A stretch of DNA of 64,000 nt from Eledone cirrhosa (lineage: Eukaryota). The stretch lies in the NCBI GenBank assembly GCA_964016885.1, contig OZ024749.1, positions 11,098,001 through 11,162,000 on the forward strand, given 5' to 3'. Below the pieces are notes generated by a model. That model did no database searches. It was not told the DNA's origin and saw only the letters and a program-made list of their open reading frames with translations. Shown here piece after piece: positions 51,228 to 64,000 of this stretch (the stretch's first letter is position 1; each line of letters starts with the position of its first letter). The position numbers and the translations under genes were made by a program.

Positions 51228-54200
51228 TCTTCCCCTATATCCCTCCCTCACTTCCCCTATATCCCTCTCTCACTTCCCCTATATCCCTCCCTCACTTCCC
51301 CTATATCCCTCTCTCACTTCCCCTATATCCCTCTCTCACTTCCCCTACATCCCTCCCTCACTTCCTCTATATCCCTCTCTCACTTCCCCTATATCCCTCC
51401 CTCACTTCCCCTATATCCCTCTCTCACTTCCCCTATATCCCTCTCTCACTTCCCCTACATCCCTCCCTCACTTCCCCTATATCCCTCTCTCACTTCCCCT
51501 ATATCCCTCTCTCACTTCCTCTATATCCCTCTCTCACTTCCTCTATATCCCTCTCTCACTTCCCCTATATCCCTCTCTCACTTCCCCTACATCCCTCTCT
51601 CACTTCCCCTATATCCCTCCCTCACTTCCCCTATATCCCTCTCTCACTTCCCCTATATCCCTCTCTCACTTCCCCTACATCCCTCTCTCACTTCCCCTAT
51701 ATCCCTCTCTCACTTCCCCTATATCCCTCTCTCACTTCCCCTATATCCCTCTCTCACTTCCCCTATATCCCTCTCTCACTTCCCCTATATCCCTCCCTCA
51801 CTTCCCCTATATCCCTCTCTCACTTCCCCTACATCCCTCTCTCACTTCCTCTATATCCCTCTCTCACTTCCCCTATATCCCTCCCTCACTTCCCCTATAT
51901 CCCTCTCTCACTTCCCCTATATCCCTCTCTCACTTCCCCTACATCCCTCCCTCACTTCCCCTATATCCCTCTCTCACTTCCCCTATATCCCTCTCTCACT
52001 TCCCCTATATCCCTCCCTCACTTCCCCTATATCCCTCCCTCACTTCCCCTATATCCCTCTCTCACTTCCCCTACATCCCTCCCTCACTTCCCCTACATCC
52101 CTCCCTCACTTCCCCTATATCCCTCTCTCACTTCCCCTATATCCCTCTCTCACTTCCCCTACATCCCTCCCTCACTTCCCCTACATCCCTCTCTCACTTC
52201 CCCTATATCCCTCTCTCACTTCCCCTATATCCCTCTCTCACTTCCCCTACATCCCTCCCTCACTTCCCCTATATCCCTCTCTCACTTCCCCTATATCCCT
52301 CCCTCACTTCCCCTACATCCCTCTCTCACTTCCCCTACATCCCTCCCTCACTTCCCCTACATCCCTCTCTCACTTCCCCTATATCCCTCTCTCACTTCCC
52401 CTATATCCCTCTCCCATTCCCCTATATCCCTCCCTCACTTCCCCTACATCCCTCTCTCACTTCCCCTATATCCCTCTCTCACTTCCCCTATATCCCTCTC
52501 CCATTCCCCTATATCCCTCTCCCATTCCCCTATATCCCTCCCTCACTTCCCCTACATCCCTCTCTCACTTCCCCTACATCCCTCCCTCACTTCCCCTACA
52601 TCCCTCTCTCACTTCCCCTATATCCCTCTCTCACTTCCCCTATATCCCTCTCTCACTTCCCCTATATCCCTCTCCCATTCCCCTATATCCCTCTCTCACT
52701 TCCCCTACATCCCTCTCTCACTTCCCCTATATCCCTCCATCACTTCCCCTATATCCCTCTCTCACTTCCCCTATATCCCTCTCCCATTCCCCTATATCCC
52801 TCCCTCACTTCCCCTATATCCCTCTCTCACTTCCCCTATATCCCTCTCTCACTTCCCCTATATCCCTCTCCCATTCCCCTATATCCCTCCCTCACTTCCC
52901 CTATATCCCTCTCTCACTTCCCCTATATCCCTCTCTCACTTCCCCTATATCCCTCTCTCACTTCCCCTATATCCCTCTCTCACTTCCCCTATATCCCTCT
53001 CTCACTTCCTCTATATCCCTCTCTCACTTCCCCTATATCCCTCTCTCACTTCCCCTACATCCCTCTCTCACTTCCTCTATATCCCTCTCTCACTTCCCCT
53101 ATATCCCTCTCTCACTTCCCCTATATCCCTCTCTCACTTCCCCTATATCCCTCTCTCACTTCCCCTATATCCCTCTCTCACTTCCTCTATATCCCTCTCT
53201 CACTTCCCCTATATCCCTCTCTCACTTCCCCTACATCCCTCTCTCACTTCCTCTATATCCCTCTCTCCCATTCCCCTATATCCCTCTCTCACTTCCCCTA
53301 TATCCCTCTCTCACTTCCCCTATATCCCTCTCTCACTTCCCCTATATCCCTCTCTCACTTCCCCTATATCCCTCTCTCACTTCCTCTATATCCCTCCCTC
53401 ACTTCCCCTACATCCCTCTCTCACTTCTCCTATATCCCTCTCTCACTTCCCCTATATCCCTCTCTCCCATTCCCCTATATCCCTCTCTCACTTCCCCTAT
53501 ATCCCTCTCTCACTTCCCCTATATCCCTCTCTCACTTCCCCTATATCCCTCTCTCACTTCCCCTATATCCCTCTCTCACTTCCCCTATATCCCTCTCTTA
53601 CTTCCCCTATATCCCTCTCTCACTTCCCCTATATCCCTCTCTCACTTCCCCTACATCCCTCTCTCACTTCCCCTATATCCCTCTCTCACTTCCCCTATAT
53701 CCCTCTCTCACTTCCTCTATATCCCTCTCTCACTTCCCCTATATCCCTCTCTCACTTCCCTATATCCCTCTCTCACTTCCCCTATATCCCTCTCTCACTT
53801 CCCCTATATCCCTCTCTCACTTCCCCTATATCCCTCTCTCACTTCCTCTATATCCCTCTCTCACTTCCCCTATATCCCTCTCTCACTTCCCTATATCCCT
53901 CTCTCACTTCCTCTATATCCCTCTCTCACTTCCCCTATATCCCTCTCTTACTTCCTCTATATCCCTCTCTCACTTCCCCTATATCCCTCTCTCACTTCCC
54001 CTATATCCCTCTCTCACTTCCCTATATCCCTCTCTCACTTCCTCTATATCCCTCTCTCACTTCCTCTATATCCCTCTCTCACTTCCCCTATATCCCTCTC
54101 TCACTTCCTCTATATCCCTCTCTCACTTCCCCTATATCCCTCTCTCACTTCCTCTATATCCCTCTCTCACTTCCCCTATATCCCTCTCTCACTTCCCTAT

Positions 54201-57200
54201 ATCCCTCTCTCACTTCCTCTATATCCCTCTCTCACTTCCTCTATATCCCTCTCTCACTTCCCCTATATCCCTCTCTCACTTCCTCTATATCCCTCTCTCA
54301 CTTCCCCTATATCCCTCTCTCACTTCCTCTATATCCCTCTCTCACTTCCCCTATATCCCTCTCTCACTTCCTCTATATCCCTCTCTCACTTCCTCTATAT
54401 CCCTCTCTCACTTCCCCTATATCCCTCTCTCACTTCCCCTATATCCCTCTCTCACTTCCCTATATCCCTCTCTCACTTCCTCTATATCCCTCTCTCACTT
54501 CCCCTATATCCCTCTCTCACTTCCCCTATATCCCTCTCTCACTTCCCTATATCCCTCTCTCACTTCCTCTATATCCCTCTCTCACTTCCTCTATATCCCT
54601 CTCTCACTTCCCCTATATCCCTCTCTCACTTCCCTATATCCCTCTCTCACTTCCTCTATATCCCTCTCTCACTTCCCCTATATCCCTCTCTCACTTCCCC
54701 TATATCCCTCTCTCACTTCCCTATATCCCTCTCTCACTTCCTCTATATCCCTCTCTCACTTCCCTATATCCCTCTCTCACTTCCTCTATATCCCTCTCTC
54801 ACTTCCCCTATATCCCTCTCTCACTTCCCCTACATCCCTCTCTCACTTCTCCTATATCCCTCTCTCACTTCCCCTATATCCCTCTCTCACTTCTCCTATA
54901 TCCCTCTCTCACTTCCCCTATATCCCTCTCTCACTTCCCCTATATCCCTCTCTCACTTCCCCTATATCCCTCCATCACTTCCCCTATATCCCTCTCTCAC
55001 TTCCCCTATATCCCTCTCTCACTTCCCCTATATCCCTCTCTCACTTCCCCTATATCCCTCTCTCACTTCCCCTACATCCCTCTCTCACTTCCTCTATATC
55101 CCTCTCTCACTTCCCCTATATCCCTCTCTCACTTCCCCTATATCCCTCTCTCACTTCCCTATATCCCTCTCTCACTTCCTCTATATCCCTCTCTCACTTC
55201 CCCTATATCCCTCTCTCACTTCCCTATATCCCTCTCTCACTTCCTCTATATCCCTCTCTCACTTCCCTATATCCCTCTCTCACTTCCTCTATATCCCTCT
55301 CCCATTCCCCTATATCCCTCCCTCACTTCCCCTATATCCCTCTCCCATTCCCCTATATCCCTCTCTCACTTCCCCTATATCCCTCTCTCACTTCCCCTAT
55401 ATCCCTCTCTCACTTCCCCTATATCCCTCTCTCACTTCCCCTATATCCCTCTCTCACTTCCCCTATATCCCTCTCCCATTCCCCTATATCCCTTTCTTAC
55501 TTCCCCTATATCCCTCTCTCACTTCCCCTATATCCCTCTCCCATTCCCCTATATCCCTCTCTCACTTCCCCTATATCCCTCTCTCACTTCCCCTATATCC
55601 CTCTCCCATTCCCCTATATCCCTTTCTTACTTCCCCTATATCCCTCTCTCACTTCCCCTATATCCCTCTCCCATTCCCCTATATCCCTTTCTTACTTCCC
55701 CTATATCCCTCTCCCATTCCCCTATATCCCTCTCTCACTTCCCCTATATCCCTCTCTCACTTCCCCTATATCCCTCTCTCACTTCCCCTATATCCCTCTC
55801 TCACTTCCCCTATATCCCTCTCTCACTTCCCTATATCCCTCTCCCATTCCCCTATATCCCTTTCTTACTTCCCCTATATCCCTCTCCCATTCCCCTATAT
55901 CCCTCCCTCACTTCCCCTATATCCCTCTCCCATTCCCCTATATCCCTCTCTCACTTCCCCTATATCCCTCTCTCACTTCCTCTATATCCCTCTCCCATTC
56001 CCCTATATCCCTCTCTCACTTCCCCTATATCCCTCCCTCACTTCCCCTATATCCCTCTCCCATTCCCCTATATCCCTCTCTCACTTCCCCTATATCCCTC
56101 TCTCACTTCCCCTATATCCCTCTCTCACTTCCCCTATATCCCTCTCTCACTTCCCCTATATCCCTCCCTCACTTCCCCTATATCCCTCTCCCATTCCCCT
56201 ATATCCCTTTCTTACTTCCCCTATATCCCTCTCCCATTCCCCTATATCCCTCCCTCACTTCCCCTATATCCCTCTCCCATTCCCCTATATCCCTCTCTCA
56301 CTTCCCCTATATCCCTCTCTCACTTCCTCTATATCCCTCTCCCATTCCCCTATATCCCTCTCTCACTTCCCCTATATCCCTCCCTCACTTCCCCTATATC
56401 CCTCTCCCATTCCCCTATATCCCTCTCTCACTTCCCCTATATCCCTCTCTCACTTCCCCTATATCCCTCTCTCACTTCCCCTATATCCCTCTCCCATTCC
56501 CCTATATCCCTTTCTTACTTCCCCTATATCCCTCTCCCATTCCCCTATATCCCTCTCTCACTTCCCCTATATCCCTCTCCCATTCCCCTATATCCCTCTC
56601 TCACTTCCCCTATATCCCTCTCTCACTTCCCCTATATCCCTCTCTCACTTCCCCTATATCCCTCTCTCACTTCCCCTATATCCCTCTCTCACTTCCTCTA
56701 TATCCCTCTCTCACTTCCCCTATATCCCTCTCTCACTTCCCTATATCCCTCTCCCATTCCCCTATATCCCTTTCTTACTTCCCCTATATCCCTCTCCCAT
56801 TCCCCTATATCCCTTTCTTACTTCCCCTATATCCCTCTCCCATTCCCCTATATCCCTCTCTCACTTCCCCTATATCCCTCTCCCATTCCCCTATATCCCT
56901 CTCTCACTTCCCCTATATGCCTCTCTCACTTCCCCTATATCCCTCTCTCACTTCTCCTATATCCCTCTCTCACTTCCCCTATATCCCTCTCTCACTTCTC
57001 CTATATCCCTCTCTCACTTCTCCTATATCCCTCTCTCACTTCCCCTATATCCCTCTCTCACTTCCCCTATATCCCTCTCTCACTTCCCCTATATCCCTCT
57101 CTCACTTCTCCTATATCCCTCTCTCACTTCCCCTATATCCCTCTCTCACTTCCCCTATATCCCTCTCTCACTTCCCCTATATCCCTCTCTCACTTCCCCT

Positions 57201-59120
57201 ATATCCCTCTCTCACTTCCCCTATATCCCTCTCTCACTTCCCCTATATCCCTCTCTCACTTCTCCTATATCCCTCTCTCACTTCCCCTATATCCCTCTCT
57301 CACTTCCCTATATCCCTCTCTCACTTCTCCTATATCCCTCTCTCACTTCCTCTATATCCCTCTCTCACTTCCTCTATATCCCTCTCTCACTTCCCTATAT
57401 CCCTCTCTCACTTCCCCTATATCCCTCTCTCACTTCCCCTATATCCCTCTCTCACTTCCCCTATATCCCTCTCTCACTTCCCCTATATCCCTCTCTCACG
57501 TCTCCTATATCCCTCTCTCACTTCCCCTATATGCCTCTCTCACTTCCCCTATATCCCTCTCTCACTTCCCTACATCCCTCTCTCACTTCCCTACATCCCT
57601 CTCTCACTTCCCCTACATCCCTCTCTCACTTCCCCTACATCCCTCTCTCACTTCTCCTATATCCCTCTCTCACTTCCTCTATATCCCTCTCTCACTTCCC
57701 CTATATCCCTCTCTCACTTCCCCTATATCCCTCTCTCACTTCCCCTATATCCCTCTCTCACTTCCCCTATATCCCTCTCTCACGTCTCCTATATCCCTCT
57801 CTCACTTCCCCTATATCCCTCTCTCACTTCTCCTATATCCCTCTCTCACTTCCTCTATATCCCTCTCTCACTTCCCCTATATCCCTCTCTCACTTCCCCT
57901 ATATCCCTCTCTCACTTCCCCTATATCCCTCTCTCACTTCCCCTACATCCCTCTCTCACTTCCCCTATATCCCTCTCTCACTTCCTCTATATCCCTCTCT
58001 CACTTCCCTATATCCCTCTCTCACTTCCCCTATATCCCTCTCTCACTTCCCCTATATCCTTCTCCCATTCCCCTATATCCCTCTCTCACTTCCCTACATC
58101 CCTCTCTCACTTCTCCTACATCCCTCTTTCACTTCTCCTATATCCCTCTCTCACTTCCCCTATATCCCTCTCTCACTTCCCTATATCCCTCTCTCACTTC
58201 CCCTATATCCCTCTCTCACTTCCCCTATATCCCTCTCTCACTTCCCCTACATCCCTCTCTCACTTCCCCTACATCCCTCTCTCACTTCTCCTATATCCCT
58301 CTCTCACTTCCTCTATATCCCTCTCTCACTTCCCCTATATCCCTCTCTCACTTCCCCTATATCCCTCTCTCACTTCCCCTATATCCCTCTCTCACTTCCC
58401 CTATATCCCTCTCTCACTTCCCCTACATCCCTCTCTCACTTCCCCTACATCCCTCTCTCACTTCTCCTATATCCCTCTCTCACTTCCTCTATATCCCTCT
58501 CTCACTTCCCCTATATCCCTCTCTCACTTCCCCTATATCCCTCTCTCACTTCCCCTACATCCCTCTCTCACTTCCCCTACATCCCTCTCTCACTTCTCCT
58601 ATATCCCTCTCTCACTTCCTCTATATCCCTCTCTCACTTCCCCTATATCCCTCTCTCACTTCCCCTATATCCCTCTCTCACTTCCCCTACATCCCTCTCT
58701 CACTTCTCCTATATCCCTCTCTCACTTCCTCTATATCCCTCTCTCACTTCCCCTATATCCCTCTCTCACTTCTCCTATATCCCTCTCTCACTTCCTCTAT
58801 ATCCCTCTCTCACTTCCCCTATATCCCTCTCTCACTTCCCCTATATCCCTCTCTCACTTCCCCTACATCCCTCTCTCACTTCCCCTACATCCCTCTCTCA
58901 CTTCTCCTATATCCCTCTCTCACTTCCTCTATATCCCTCTCTCACTTCCCCTATATCCCTCTCTCACTTCTCCTATATCCCTCTCTCACTTCCCCTATAT
59001 CCCTCTCTCACTTCCCCTATATCCCTCTCTCACTTCCTCTATATCCCTCTCTCACTTCCCCTATATCCCTCTCTCACTTCCCCTATATCCCTCTCTCACT
59101 TCCCCTATATCCCTCTCTCA
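51228..59120. repeat. 7.9-kb polypyrimidine satellite, 22-bp unit, ~360 copies
   Basis: unit CTTCCCCTATATCCCTCTCTCA. Confidence 0.97.
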
Positions 59121-59141
59121 TCATCATCATCATCATCATCA

Positions 59142-59402
59142 AGATGGTGTGTAGGAGAGAAGACTGCATTGATATGGACCTGTGATGTGCATGGATGATG
59201 ATCGATGGGTGAAGTGCCAGGAAATGCCAGTGGAGGTAAGCTGCAGTAGGGGTAGATCAAGGAAGACCTGGGCGGTCGCTAAGACTCGTTGAGGAGATGA
59301 CAAAGGAATGCAACAAATGGAGAGATGCTGAGCTGAAAAGGACCTATCCAACCCATGCAAGCATGGAAAAATGGACGTAAAAACGATGATAATGAGGATG
59401 AG
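59142..59402 (+). mobile_element. RTE LINE 3' fragment (similar piece at 47198-47370)
   Basis: homologous to 13995-14250. Confidence 0.8.
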
Positions 59403-59491
59403 TCTATCTAACTGTCTGTCTGTTTGTCTATCTATCTGTCTGTCTGTCTATCTGTCCGTCTATCTATCTATCTATCTATCCTCATTTACAG

Positions 59492-59745
59492 GCCCGAATC
59501 TTTAGCTACCTTATAAAAGAAGATGCTGAGATATTCCCTGGAAAACTTGCCTGTGGCCATCATGGAAGCCTGAAAAAGTTAGAAACTGGAGAAAATTTAA
59601 TTTCACAAATGTCAAACTACTTTGAATTTCTCTCATCTAATGCCAAAAATAATCTTGCTCTTTGGACATCGCCCTATCTTGATGCCCTGGGATTGGGTCT
59701 TATGGTAACACATGCAATACCCGTCATAAGTAATATCACTGGCAA
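59492..59745 (+). CDS. alpha2delta-family exon 7 (end of VWA, dCache C-half)
   Basis: catttacAG|...GGCAA|GTaagt; ARIFSYLIKEDAEIFPGKLACGHHGSLKKLETGENLISQMSNYFEFLSSNAKNNLALWTSPYLDALGLGLMVTHAIPVISNITG(K); WTxPYxDAxGLG is typical of alpha2delta. Confidence 0.95.
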
Positions 59746-60239
59746 GTAAGTCTTCTATTATATTTAAATATTTACATACTGGAATGCTGTGTGTCCCGGA
59801 TTTTAAAATAAGTACACTGTATCCCAGTTTTTAGAATAGGTACGCTGTATCCCAGTTTTTAGAATAGGTACTGTATCCCGGTTTTTAGAATAGGTACACC
59901 ATATCTATGCCTAACTCTCAGTTTTGGCTCTGCAACATTTTTCAGCCACATCACGATAACTGCTTACAGTGGCTGGCTAAACTTAGTGAAGAACTGGACT
60001 GTTGGAGAGGAGATGGGCAGTGCTAAGCTAAACCCATTGAAATGCCATGTTGAACACACACATGTCTAGAGTGGCACCTCAATAACTTGCTGCACCAGTT
60101 ACAGGAACTTCATTGATTAATTGAGTATAAGAAGGGTTAACCTTAGTGAGTTGGCAATGTATAAGAAGGGTTAACCTTAGTGAGTTGGCAATGTATAAGA
60201 AGGGTTAACTTTAGTGAGTTGGCAATGTTGTGATTCACC

Positions 60240-60400
60240 ATAATAATAATTGTTTCTACTTTTGGCACAAGGCCAGCAATTATCCCAGTGTATTACTGGT
60301 ACTTTATTTTATCGACTCCGTAAGGATGAAAGGCAAAGTTAACCTCGGCGGGATTTGAACTCAGATCGTAAAGGGACGTAACTGTGCTGGAAAGCATGTC
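60240..60400 (-). mobile_element. SINE family B, 5'-truncated
   Basis: reverse complement of 39235-39380. Confidence 0.85.
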
Positions 60401-60685
60401 CCGATAATAATAATAATAATAAATGAAATCACCGAAAACTATTTTGTTTAAACATATAATATGCACACGTATAAAGCAAATGATATACTTGTAACTGTAA
60501 AGTGTGTGATGTGAACAATCTGGTGTGGTTATTTTTATGGCTTATTAATGTATGCAGTAAGTTTCTTTGCCCTGGGGGCCGGGAAGACACTCGGCAAGAA
60601 ATGAAAATAAAACTGAAAGAAGAGGATAAGCACTAATAATAATAATAATAATAAATTTGTTGTTTTTATTTTGTGTATGTATGTA

Positions 60686-60717
<32 letters not shown>

Positions 60718-61005
60718 AGTAAGTATAGTAACAGGAATAACTAGGCAAGAAGAATTGGTCAGAAGGAGAAAATTTATTGAGAGTTCATTCCTTAACATAT
60801 GTTTCTGTACAATATCCGTCTACAAGAGCTGACTACATAGTCCCATGCTCAATCACATGCATTACATAATGAAATATTGTACTTCATCAGAAAGAGAAAA
60901 ATGTTTATAGTCGAAAGTGAGGTCGTTGCAATAAGAATCACTGACTGCTAACTGTTCCAGGGTAGAATCCACTGGCACACAGAGACATTTTTTTTTTTTT
61001 TTCAG

Positions 61006-61150
61006 GACAATTGGTGTAATTGGTGTAGATGCTACATTAGATGAGATTGAGAACTTTCTAACTAAATACCAGTGGGGTACCGTTCAGTCATTCCTCATCA
61101 ACAAACAAGGAGAAACTATTTTCCATCCAAAATTAAAACCAAGCACAAAT
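61006..61150 (+). CDS. alpha2delta-family exon 8 (Cache)
   Basis: (t)ncAG|...ACAAAT|GTaagc; TIGVIGVDATLDEIENFLTKYQWGTVQSFLINKQGETIFHPKLKPSTN; GVxGVD and FxxxxxGxxxxHP Cache motifs. Confidence 0.95.
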
Positions 61151-61394
61151 GTAAGCTCTTCTGCTTGTTGTAGTTATTGCAATTTCCTTTCTTTTTAATG
61201 TTTCTGTCATCATCATCACCATAATCATTATTACCACCATCTCAATCATCATCATCATCATCATCATTGTCATGCTACTATCCAGGACAGTATTAACCAC
61301 TAAACAAAAGGAAGAGAGGCACTATTTTATTTTTTAATTAAATATAATTGTCATTCCAAATAATTTCTATCTGCCAAATTGGTCAAATCGAGGA

Positions 61395-62168
61395 TATAGT
61401 AAAAGACACTTGACCAAAGTACAACATAGAGAGACTTAAACATAAGACATTGGTCAACACATGGCTATAGTAGAAGACACTTGACCAAAGTACAACATAG
61501 AGAGACTTAAACATAAGACATTGGTCAACTCATGGCTATAGTAGAAGACACTTGACCAAAGTACAGCATAGAGAGACTTAAACATAAGACATTGGTCAAC
61601 TCATGGCTATAGTAAAAGACACTTGACCAAAGTACAACATAGAGAGACTTAAACATAAGACATTGGTCAACTCATGGCTATAGTAAAAGACACTTGACCA
61701 AAGTACAACATAGAGAGACTTAAACATAAGACATTGGTCAACTCATGATTATAGTAGAAGACACTTGACCAAAGTACAACATAGAGAGACTTAAACATAA
61801 GACATTGGTCAACTCATGGCTATAGTAGAAGACACTTGACCAAAGTACAACATAGAGAGACTTAAACATAAGACATTGGTCAACTCATGGCTATAGTAGA
61901 AGACACTTGACCAAAGTACAACATAGAGAGACTTACACATAAGACATTGGTCAACTCATGTCTATAGTAAAAGACACTTGACCAAAGTACAACATAGAGA
62001 GACTTATACATAAGACATTGGTCAACTCATGTCTATAGTAAAAGACACTTGACCAAAGTACAACATAGAGAGACTTATACATAAGACATTGGTCAACTCA
62101 TGACTATAGTAGAAGACACTTGACCAAAGTACAACATAGAGAGACTTACACCTAAGACATTGGTCAAC
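61395..62168 (-). repeat. 71-bp tandem repeat x~11 inside a third tRNA-derived SINE (head at ~62185-62252, minus)
   Basis: period 71 (61405, 61476, 61547); minus strand contains CTTTGGTCAAGTGTCTTCTACTATAGCC; adjacent head TGGCTGTTTGG...AAGTTCAGTAC. Confidence 0.9.
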
Positions 62169-62284
62169 AACCAAAGACCCGCCCTCACTGTAGTACTGAA
62201 CTTGAAAACAAGTGGTTGTGGAACAAACTTCTTAACCAAACAGCCATGCTTCTACACCTACATATACATACATAATAACTGATT

Positions 62285-62506
62285 CTCGGTTTCAAAAATT
62301 GCCTCCCTTAGCCTTTTTCCCATAGATAGGTGGCTCAAACATGATTTAGATTCCCTTGCTCCCGCAACACACATAAAAGTCATTAAAATCAAGTGGTGTC
62401 TGTACTTGAAGTATTTTGAAGTGAAGAAAGGCCTTGCACTGGACCAATCCCACTCCCTGAACAACGGTGAGTGACAGTTATCCAGAAAGAAGAACAGGTC
62501 AACATC
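62285..62506 (-). mobile_element. diverged fragment of the 2495-3105 repeat family
   Basis: reverse complement aligns by eye with ~2783-2865. Confidence 0.45.
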
Positions 62507-62624
62507 ATACACACGCATATATAGACACGTACATACGTATTTTACATACACACACATATATATATGTATGTGTATGTATATGTATGTATGTGTGTGTGTG
62601 TGTGTATATATTTATATATATAAT

Positions 62625-62969
62625 GGAGGCACATGGCTTATTGGTTAGAGCATTGGCCTTGCAATCGAAAGGTTGTGAGTTCAATTCTCAGACCGGGTGA
62701 TGTGTTGTTTCCTTGAGCAAGTCACTTTATTTCACATTGCTCCAGATTACTCAGCTGTAGAAATGAGATGATAGGGACTGGGGTCCATATCATTCCACTG
62801 CAAAGTGGTCATGCAGGTGCCACGGCAAAAAAGCACCCAGCACTCACTGTAAATGAGGTTGGTGTTAGGAAGGGCATCCAGCTGTAGAAATCAAGCCAGA
62901 ATTTGTTCCCGTCCCACCCTTGCAAGCAGGGAAAAGCGGACGTAAAATGATGATGATGATGATGATGAT
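62625..62969 (+). mobile_element. SINE family A, full length
   Basis: near-identical to the 3196 copy; (GAT)n tail. Confidence 0.9.
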
Positions 62970-63162
62970 ATATACTCACATACATGCTGGTGCCACAATA
63001 AAAAGCAAGCAGTCTACCCTGTGAGGTGATAGTGACGGGGGGTTTGCTGGTGGTGGTAGTGTTTTCATAGTTGTGATAATGATGGTTGTGATGATGACAA
63101 TGATGGTGGTAGTGGTGTTGATGATGATGCTTATATTTATTTCTCTGTTATCTTTTTGTTAG

Positions 63163-63312
63163 TTGGTAGATGATCCTATATTCATCCCAATTTCCCAACT
63201 TGAAAGAGACAAAGATGGAAACCCACCAGAGTTTGGAATTATTGAACAAGAAATGAAAGCTGGATTAACAGGACAGATCAGGGTTAATGAATCCAAACAT
63301 GGTGACGCTAGA
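63163..63312 (+). CDS. alpha2delta-family exon 9 (last visible; gene continues beyond window)
   Basis: ttttgttAG|...GCTAGA|GTaagt; LVDDPIFIPISQLERDKDGNPPEFGIIEQEMKAGLTGQIRVNESKHGDAR; phase 0/0. Confidence 0.9.
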
Positions 63313-63662
63313 GTAAGTGGAAGGTTACATTGTATATATATATCCTAATTTTTAATTTTTGCTGGACCGGCAATCGCTCTGTATAATCAGTTCCTGATTA
63401 TCACTGGAATTCTATAAGAATCCAGCCTCTATAATTTTCGGCAGAGGCGGGGAGTACATTGCTCTGAGGATCGCCAACAGCGTGAAACAGAATCTGTCAG
63501 CTTCTCTCCCTTCTTTTGCCGAAAAAAGAAGTGACATAGTCACTACTTTAAAAATGATAGCGCAAGGTCTTCAAAATCTTTTTAATTAAACATACGGTAT
63601 ATTGCCAAATATCCTATACATACATTCATGTATACATCGCTATTTCAGAGCACCAATCCTAA

Positions 63663-63714
<52 letters not shown>

Positions 63715-63726
<12 letters not shown>

Positions 63727-63922
63727 ATAGCTTTCACCGTATTTTTGACTAAAGGAATTTTAGCCTGATAATAGGGTTTAGAACCCTCAGATAAATGGAA
63801 AAAGATGAGTATTGACGTACGTCAATACTCATCTTTTTCCATTTATCTGAAGGTTCTAAACCCCGTTATCAGGCTAAAATTCCTTTAGTCAAAAATACGG
63901 TGAAAGCTATATATTTTCTAAT
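63715..63922. repeat. 208-bp loopless palindrome
   Basis: 104-bp arms centred on GACGT|ACGTC (63818/63819), 3 mismatches. Confidence 0.95.
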
Positions 63923-64000
63923 TTCAAACCTGCTCACTGTTTCAAAACATACTTACTTGATATATATATATATACTGTCGTACAAATTTGGTAGAAAAAT

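Noticed and set aside
51007-59198. 2715-aa and 555-aa ORFs
   Set aside because: Translations of a stop-free 22-bp satellite inside an intron; the period is not a multiple of 3 and there is no coding constraint
60880-60895. CTGATGA on the minus strand
   Set aside because: No stem II or GAAA downstream

Overview
AT-rich, microsatellite-dense eukaryotic DNA; the repeat content suggests an octopus/cephalopod genome (inference). One host gene is visible: nine + strand GT-AG exons (23820-63312, 1351 nt, ~450 aa, all splice phases compatible) encoding the VWA_N / dCache / VWA / Cache part of an alpha2delta (CACNA2D)/CACHD1-family protein, with an intact MIDAS (DCSLS...T/S...TDG) and a complete dCache amino-acid-binding motif. 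I could not find its N- and C-terminal exons in the window. The remainder is intronic or upstream repeat: RTE, CR1 and L1/Tx1-like LINE fragments, Penelope-like (GIY-YIG) fragments, three tRNA-derived SINE families, Helitron, piggyBac-like and Tc1/mariner-like MITEs, and many satellites. Almost all long ORFs in the supplied track are repeat artefacts. The standout feature is a near-identical 467-bp non-coding unit array (7873-9623), inverted in the middle. Each unit carries a perfect minimal type I hammerhead ribozyme with a palindromic stem III plus an octamer motif, i.e. a candidate retrozyme/circRNA system, and further hammerheads sit beside Penelope-like fragments in the same window.
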